Assembly (NCBI GenBank): GCA_964016885.1
Contig: OZ024742.1
Span: 181,784,001-181,848,000 of the forward strand
DNA length: 64,000 nt
Source of the DNA: Eledone cirrhosa
Lineage: Eukaryota
Direction of reading: 5' to 3'
In this document: positions 56,451 through 64,000 of the stretch, one piece after another
Layout of the letters: each line of letters opens with the position of its first letter
Numbering within the stretch: the first letter of the stretch is position 1
Program-made: the position numbers and the translations under genes
The notes under the pieces: generated by a model
Databases searched by the model: none
What the model was told of the DNA's origin: nothing
What the model saw: only the letters and a program-made list of their open reading frames with translations

Positions 56451-56993
56451 CATACATACATAAATACACACACACATGAATACATACATACATAAATACA
56501 TACATGCATATATACATACATGCATACATACATACATAAATACAGACATACAATCATAAATAAATACATACATACATACACACATACACACACACATTAC
56601 ATAAATAAATACATACATACATACATTACATACATAAATACATTGTTCATACTTGGAGTTATGGATTAGTGTAAATTTATAAATTTGACAAACCTATACA
56701 TATACTCAGAAACATATTCACACGCATATATATAGACACAAACACGTACAAACAGACATAAACACATGCACAGTCATAAGTACTTTCACATGCACAGGCT
56801 CACACAATTATTGTTATTGATAAATAGATGTTATGTGAGTCTTCAAACTGGCAGATTAATCCAAATATTATTATGGACTTTACTTTTCTTAAGTAATGTG
56901 TTGAATAATGCTCTTACTGGCCTTAAATATAAACATCTCATCACATATTTCGCCTCTCCCCTCTCTCTCTTATATATATATATATATTTTCAA

Positions 56994-57039
<46 letters not shown>

Positions 57040-57247
57040 GTAGTAATAATAAATGTGAAGATCCCTTTAAGGGTGAAAGCAGCGAATCTTTGCTTAAACT
57101 TTAATCTGTTATTTTAATAAATATATATATATGTGTGTATATATATATATATGGGGGAGGGGGTATGTATATATATATATAAATGTATGTATATATATAT
57201 GTGCGTTTGTGTCTGTATTTATATGTATATTTATATGTGTGCATATG

Positions 57248-57329
<82 letters not shown>

Positions 57330-57495
57330 GCACACATATAAATATAGGTACCCGGAAAAAACCCATATATTGAAGGTCCCAGCTATCGCAGCCATTTGTA
57401 GACTATGAATTAGGGAGCTGCGCTCTTTGTCCGCAAATCCAAGTTCAGTCATACTTTGTTCCAAGCGGGTTGGTATATAACCCGTTGCTCCAATA

Positions 57496-57547
<52 letters not shown>

Positions 57548-57757
57548 GCACACATATAAATATACATATAAATACAGACAGAAACGCACATATATATATA
57601 CATACATTTATATATATATACATACCCCCTCCCCCATATATATATATATATATACACACATATATATATATTTATTAAAATAACAGATTAAAGTTTAAGC
57701 AAAGAATCGCTGCTTTCACCCTTAAAGGGATCTTCACATTTATTATTACTACTACTA

Positions 57758-57788
<31 letters not shown>

Positions 57789-57789
57789 T

Positions 57790-58009
57790 TTTTATTTTAT
57801 AGAAGGAGCTTCTACAGGACTAGTACTGTTTCATTCAGATGAAATCTTCAGGAAGCCCTTCCTTCAGGAAGCTGCTTCCTGAAGATTTCATCTGAATGAA
57901 ACAGTACTAGTCCTGTAGAAGCTCCTTCTATAAAATAAAAAAATTTTACTCTGCCATGTATTGAGTACCTTACTTACTGTGGTTATCCCCGACTCAACCC
58001 GGGACCTAC

Positions 58010-58010
<1 letters not shown>
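57790..58010 (+). mobile_element. Palindromic HHR mini-element, family A (two intact hammerheads back to back)
   Basis: Plus 57874-57922: gcttc-CTGAAGA-tttc-atct-gaat-GAAA-cag-tactagtc-ctg-TA-gaagc. The mirror copy is on minus 57808-57856. The tail reads tactctgccatgtattgagtaccttacttactgtggtta, then (TA)n. Confidence 0.88.
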
Positions 58011-58047
<37 letters not shown>

Positions 58048-58082
58048 TTGAAAATTGCAAACTTGACTGTCACCACACATTA

Positions 58083-58121
58083 TGAACCTGAAGATTGCGA
58101 AAGCATGAAAGTACTTGTTCA
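58083..58121 (+). ncRNA. Minimal type I hammerhead motif
   Basis: tgaac-CTGAAGA-t-tgc-gaaa-gca-t-GAAA-gtac-TT-gttca: 5-bp stem I, GNRA-capped stem II, palindromic loop III. Confidence 0.78.
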
Positions 58122-58233
58122 ATTAACACTTAGAATTTAATATTCTATCATACTATTTAATTATAATACCATTATAAATTTTAAAGGATTGTAAATAAAA
58201 CGAGTAAATCAGACAAAGTTGGAATTCCTCTTA

Positions 58234-58989
<756 letters not shown>

Positions 58990-59012
58990 TATATATATAC
59001 ATATATATATAC

Positions 59013-59050
<38 letters not shown>

Positions 59051-59399
59051 GTGATAATAATAATTGTTTCTACATTTGGCACAAGGCTAGCAATTACCCA
59101 GTGCATTACTTTATAATAATAATAATAATAATAATTTATAATAATTGTTTCTACGTTAGGCACAAGGCCAGCAATTAACCAGTGTATTACTGGTACTTTA
59201 TTTTATCGACCCCGTAAGGATGAAAGGCAAAGTTAACCTCGGCGGGATTTGAACTCAAAATGGTAAGGGCCGTAACTCTATGCGCCAAAGCATGGCCTCA
59301 GACCCTCTACCAATACTGCCAATCCACCAATAATGCTTTTATAATAATAATAATTTATAGAATAATAATTTATAATAATAATAATAATAATAATAATTG

Positions 59400-59639
59400 C
59401 ATTTATTGGCAACAAGGGCCGACATGTAGGGGACAATAGAAAGACATGGAGAATGGGGTTTACAATAAGCTCGAGTAAAAATGCGTAATAGCAAAACCAA
59501 TTTAAAAATGAAAAAAACATAAAATAAACTATGCATAAAAATAACAAAATAAATTCACCAATAGGGGGGGGGGGGAGCCACCCGGGGGCGACTCAGGTAC
59601 TCCACCAATCTTGAACCACCCGATGCTTCTAGGGCACCC

Positions 59640-59640
<1 letters not shown>
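59400..59640 (-). mobile_element. Probable Tx1-related 3'-end fragment in (AAT)n
   Basis: tttattggcaacaagggcc...ggggacaa...ggtttacaa...cgagtaaaaa resembles the 3' end of the Tx1 element at 14500-14620. Confidence 0.45.
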
Positions 59641-59679
<39 letters not shown>

Positions 59680-59890
59680 TTCATTACATTTATTTAGGTG
59701 TGTCGCGCGTTTCGCGATTGATCAGCTCAAGGTTCAATCTATGTCGATCGGGCCCGACTCTCGAATCAAAAGCTCAGCAGACTTCTGTTATCAAAATACA
59801 CACTGGAGACTACACATCGAGAGCTCACTTTGGTGAACCTACACTACCTTGACATTACAATCCCTATATATATATATATGTATATGTATA

Positions 59891-59944
<54 letters not shown>

Positions 59945-60110
59945 TGTCTGTCTGTCTGTGTCTGTCTGTCTGTCTGTGTCTGTGTCTGTGTGTGTGTGTC
60001 TGTGTGTGTGTGTGTGTCTATCTCTGTCTGTCTGTCTTCTGTCTGTCTGTGTCTGTCTGTCTGTGTCTGTCTGTCTGTGTGTCTGTGTGTCTGTGTGTGT
60101 CTCTGCATGT

Positions 60111-60142
<32 letters not shown>

Positions 60143-60739
60143 TTGTGTGTGTGTATGTGTGTGTGTCTATCTCTGTCTGTCTGTCTTCTGTCTGTCTGTG
60201 TCTGTCTGTCTGTGTCTGTCTGTCTGTCTGTGTGTGTCTCTGTATGTGTGTCTGTATGTGTGTGTGTGTGTGTGTGTCTGTCTCTGTCTGTCTGTCTGTC
60301 TGTGTCTGTCTGTGTGTCTGTGTGTGTCTCTGTATGTGTGTCTGTATGTGTGTGTGTGTGAGTATATCCTTATATGCACGCTTACATTTAAATATATGAG
60401 AAAGTCAGCTAATTTACCTATGAGGCCGTAAAAAGTGGACTGCGGTACCTTCAAGGAATGGAACCTTCCATCTTTGGAATGATGGGCGAGTCCGTTAACA
60501 TATACGATAAAGGACCGTTAATCAACGAATTTTCTTCAATAGGGATACTTTATCCGATTTTCTCGACTATTGTTTATAGTGATCGACTATTATTATTGTC
60601 ATTTGCGTTTGGACGGATACATTTCAAACATTCCCTGTGCTTGTTATGTCAGCCGGTTAGATTACCCATAGACACTCTCACACACAGACGCATGCACACA
60701 TACACACATACACACATATATATATGTGTATATATATAC

Positions 60740-60775
<36 letters not shown>

Positions 60776-60819
60776 TTTGTTTGTTCATTTTCAAATATAT
60801 ATATATATATACATACGTT

Positions 60820-61003
60820 ATTCCGGGTTGAATCGGAGGTAACCACAGTAAGTAAGGTACTCAATACATTGCAGAGTATAAAAGTTTTAATATAGATGAG
60901 ATTCTACAGGACTAGAACTGTTTCATTCTTTAGAAATCATTCCTGATGATTTCTAAAGAATGAAACAGTTCTAGTCCTGTAGAATCTCATCTATATTAAA
61001 ACT
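60820..61003. mobile_element. Palindromic HHR mini-element, family A
   Basis: HHR on plus 60939-60985 (attc-CTGATGA-tttctaaagaat-GAAA-cag..ctg-TA-gaat). Inverted arm and tail at 60820-60938. Confidence 0.82.
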
Positions 61004-61063
61004 ATATATATATACATATATATATATATGTGTGCGTGTGTGTGTGTTTTGTTTGTTCATTTT

Positions 61064-61097
<34 letters not shown>

Positions 61098-61879
61098 CTT
61101 GTGTGTGTGTGTTTTGTTTGTTCATTTTCAAATATATATATATATATATATACAAAGAGAGAGAGAGGGAGAGAGAGAGAGAGAGGGGGGATTGATGGAG
61201 AAAGAGAGCTAGGGAGAGAGCTAGAGAGAATGGGGTGCGATAAAATTGTGTGTATATGTGTGTGTGTATTGGTATAAATGTGCGTGTGATTTTGTGGAGA
61301 TTGTTTCATTGTGTTGAGTTAAGAAAGACTATGCGATATAAGCGTTTATATCGCGCAGTGTTAATATATTTATATATTACAGGGGTTGTCCGTCACACCC
61401 ACAATATAATGTTTCCATTGTACATTGTACACTCGTACCATACATAACTTGCAACTGTTGTTTAGTAGAACGTTATATACCTGGGTAGGGTGGTGGTGGT
61501 GAGGAGAGCGTGGTTATGGATAGAGAGTGGTGGTGGTGGTGGTGGTGGTGGTGGTGATAGAGTAGTTTGAGAGAGGGTGGGGCTGAATAGCGGAGCTGGT
61601 GGTGAGAGGGTGGTGGGTTGGCAGAGCCGTTAGAGAGATTTGCCATTGTGGATAGGGAGTTAGAGGTGAGAGGGAGGTGGTGAAAGGGGGTGGATGATAG
61701 AGAGGGGGGAGGGGTGCAGTGGATAGAGGGCGTGGTGGATAGAGCGTGGTGGCGTGAGGGTGGTGGCGTGAGGGTGGCGGATTGGCAGAATCGCTCGAGA
61801 GTCGAGAGAAAAACAACATTGATACAACTTAATGAAATCTAAAGTCTAAGCCTGTCTTAAGCCAGAAAGCTCTTTAGGC

Positions 61880-62132
61880 CGGTGCTTATTCTGGTTTCAT
61901 GGCATGAAGCGACTGAAAGTACAAGACTCCCCTCCACCCCCCTGGACAGCACGCCAGTCCATCGCATGGTTAAACCCCCTGTTATTGCTGGTATTCATTT
62001 CCAGCTGAGTATACTGGAACAACGTGAAATGAAGTGTTTAACTCAAGAATACAACACGCAACCCAGCCCAGGAATCGAACCCACGACATTATGATCGTAA
62101 GTCTAACACCCCTACCACTAGGCCACGTGCCT
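61880..62132 (-). mobile_element. Second tRNA-derived SINE family
   Basis: Minus strand: ggcacgtggcctagtggtaggg (box A) ... gtgggttcgattcc (box B), then a ttcttgagttaaacactt central domain. Confidence 0.75.
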
Positions 62133-62596
62133 CTACGTTTAAAGAAATAGTGGTCTATTTTTCTGGACACTATCTAAAAAATGCAAGTGTAGAAAACATG
62201 TTTAACAAACACTGCTATCATTCACTCAGTTGCAAAACAAACAAACAAATAAAAAACAATAACAAAAAAAACAACAAACAAACAAATCAAATCAAATCAA
62301 ATCAGTGCTGTCCTTACACCAGCAGCAAATTTGTACTCACAGTCATATATGATCCATGCAACAATTTCACAGTCATACGAACCATGGAGCTATCTGACAT
62401 CTACACATAAATTAGCATATATATTCGTATATATCGCAATGGTAGGTTAGTGATATCACCATTTTCCATACAATATTTATAATATAGCATATTAATGTTT
62501 TGTGGATCCAGTAGAAGTACATCGATAATAGGACAACAGAAGCCCTCGTACTCAGCTGTGAACAGAACCCTAGAGAATTAATAAGAATTATATATA

Positions 62597-62795
62597 TGTT
62601 TTAATTTAGAAAAGCTTCTACAGGGCTAGAACTGTTTCATTCGTGAGAAATCACCAGGAAGTGCTTCCTGATGATTTCTCACGAATGAAACAGTTCTAGT
62701 CCTGTAGAAACTTTTCTATATTAAAACATTTATACTCTGCTATGTATTGAGTACCTTATTTAATGTGGTTACCCCCGATTCAACCTTGAATAACT
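62597..62795 (+). mobile_element. Palindromic HHR mini-element, family A
   Basis: HHR on plus 62665-62709 (ttc-CTGATGA-tttctcacgaat-GAAA-cag..ctg-TA-gaa). The inverted arm is upstream. More decayed copies lie at 53350-53522, 25558-25660 and 23980-24035. Confidence 0.82.
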
Positions 62796-62820
62796 TATAT
62801 ATATATATATATATATATAT

Positions 62821-63007
62821 ATAGGAACCAGTAAGACCCCGACGGCTGAGCTCAAGCCGTTTCGACGGCTAATTCAGAATTAACCGTCGAAACGGCTTGA
62901 GCTCGGCCGTCGGGGTCTTACTGGTTCCTATTACTCACTCTACTACCCTAAGTATTGAGTACTTTGGTGCGTTATGGTCCACCTGGTTCCTTACCACATT
63001 TCCTTCG

Positions 63008-63009
<2 letters not shown>
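62821..63009 (+). mobile_element. Palindromic mini-element, family B (3' half of a hammerhead)
   Basis: Inverted repeat 62821-62931 with apex ~62876. Each arm has GAAA-cggc..gccg-TC-ggggtc but no CTGANGA. Related copies: 45574-45765, 50364-50580, 43915-44090, 44488-44610 and 49395-49565. Confidence 0.8.
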
Positions 63010-63079
<70 letters not shown>

Positions 63080-63083
<4 letters not shown>

Positions 63084-64000
63084 TTAGTCTCATTCATTCT
63101 CAGCCCCACACTCATCGACACAGTCTCAACCTCCCGCATCAAATTCACTGTATTTGTCACCAAAACTATGTCGTCGGCAAATTCAGCATCTGATACCTTT
63201 TTCGCCTTAACTCTCCTGCTCTGAGCCGGTGCTACAGTAAAGCCAGAGTTCTGGTGTTTCTCCAGTGCAAGGCGCATACAATAGTCCACTACGATGATAA
63301 AAAGGTAGGGAGCCAATGTATCTTCCTGGAACACTCCAGCCAGTATCTCAAAGAACTCTGTCATCCCATCAGGTGTAATGACTTGGGCTTTGGTGTTGGT
63401 GTAGAGCAGTGATACCAGGTCCACTATCCTCTTGGCGATTCCATAAGCCTGTAAGATCTTCATCAGGCAGTGATTGGGAATACGGAAGATGATGTGGTTG
63501 AGAGGAAGAGCAAAGCCTGGGCGGAGTGCCACAGCTTGAGATCGATGTGGAAGTCGGACCTTAGTAAAGACCTGAATATCCGCCTCTTCATTGCTATAGT
63601 GGAGTCTGTGCTGCTGTACGGGTCTGAGACTTGGACACTGACCAAGAAATTCATTCAGATGGTGGATGGGTGCTACACGAGAATGCTGAGGATGGCTGTG
63701 AACATTAATCAGTATACACTGAGGATGAAAAACTCAGAGCTGTAAGGGAGCCTCCCAAAAGTCAGCTCAAAAGTGACACAGGGGAGACTGAGGTTAGCTG
63801 GATATGCTCACCGACATCCAGAGTTGACACTGCACTCAGTGCTCCTGTGGGAGCCCCTACATGGACACACTGGAAGAAGAAGACCAAGGTTAACGTATGT
63901 TGATGCCCTAAGGACAGACACTGGTCTGTTGGAGACGCAGGCCATGGCATCGATAATGAGGGACAGAGACCGCTGGAGAGAACTCGTCCATGGATCTCGG
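63080..64000. mobile_element. RTE-group LINE fragment with 5' inversion
   Basis: Minus strand 63080-63475 encodes RT motifs GVFQEDTLAPYLFIIVVD...FADDI. Plus strand from ~63475 encodes the downstream IRLFIAIVESVLLYGSETWTLT...RML and RLRLAG segments. Runs off the window end. Confidence 0.85.

Noticed and set aside
59695-59790. Hammerhead on the minus strand (CTGCTGA...GAAAcgcg)
   Set aside because: The core is mutated, with no UH site or convincing stem I. At best a very old relic.

Overview
AT-rich, microsatellite-saturated eukaryotic (animal) DNA made almost entirely of transposable elements and their debris. No convincing host protein-coding gene was found. The abundant tRNA-derived SINE resembles the one I recall from octopus genomes, so an octopod cephalopod source is likely (inference, no search run). 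Main contents: (1) an apparently intact, young Penelope-like retroelement (PLE) at ~37668-42089, with an ~800-aa RT + Zn-linker + GIY-YIG ORF, two ~370-bp pseudo-LTRs that look identical and each carry a hammerhead ribozyme (HHR), and a 5' inverted tail; (2) four more decayed PLE bodies; (3) a 5.6-kb Tx1-clade LINE inside a (GATA)n tract; (4) R4/Dong and RTE LINE fragments, Helitron pieces, SINEs, a Tc1/mariner MITE and a 32-bp minisatellite. The most striking signal is a dense population of short (100-250 bp) non-coding insertions in (TA)n tracts. They carry hammerhead motifs (about a dozen with intact-looking cores, counting the PLE copies, plus many decayed ones) and are usually built as DNA palindromes whose apex lies at or just 5' of the ribozyme. 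This suggests PLE-mobilised mini-elements formed by cDNA fold-back. All ribozyme calls are by eye.
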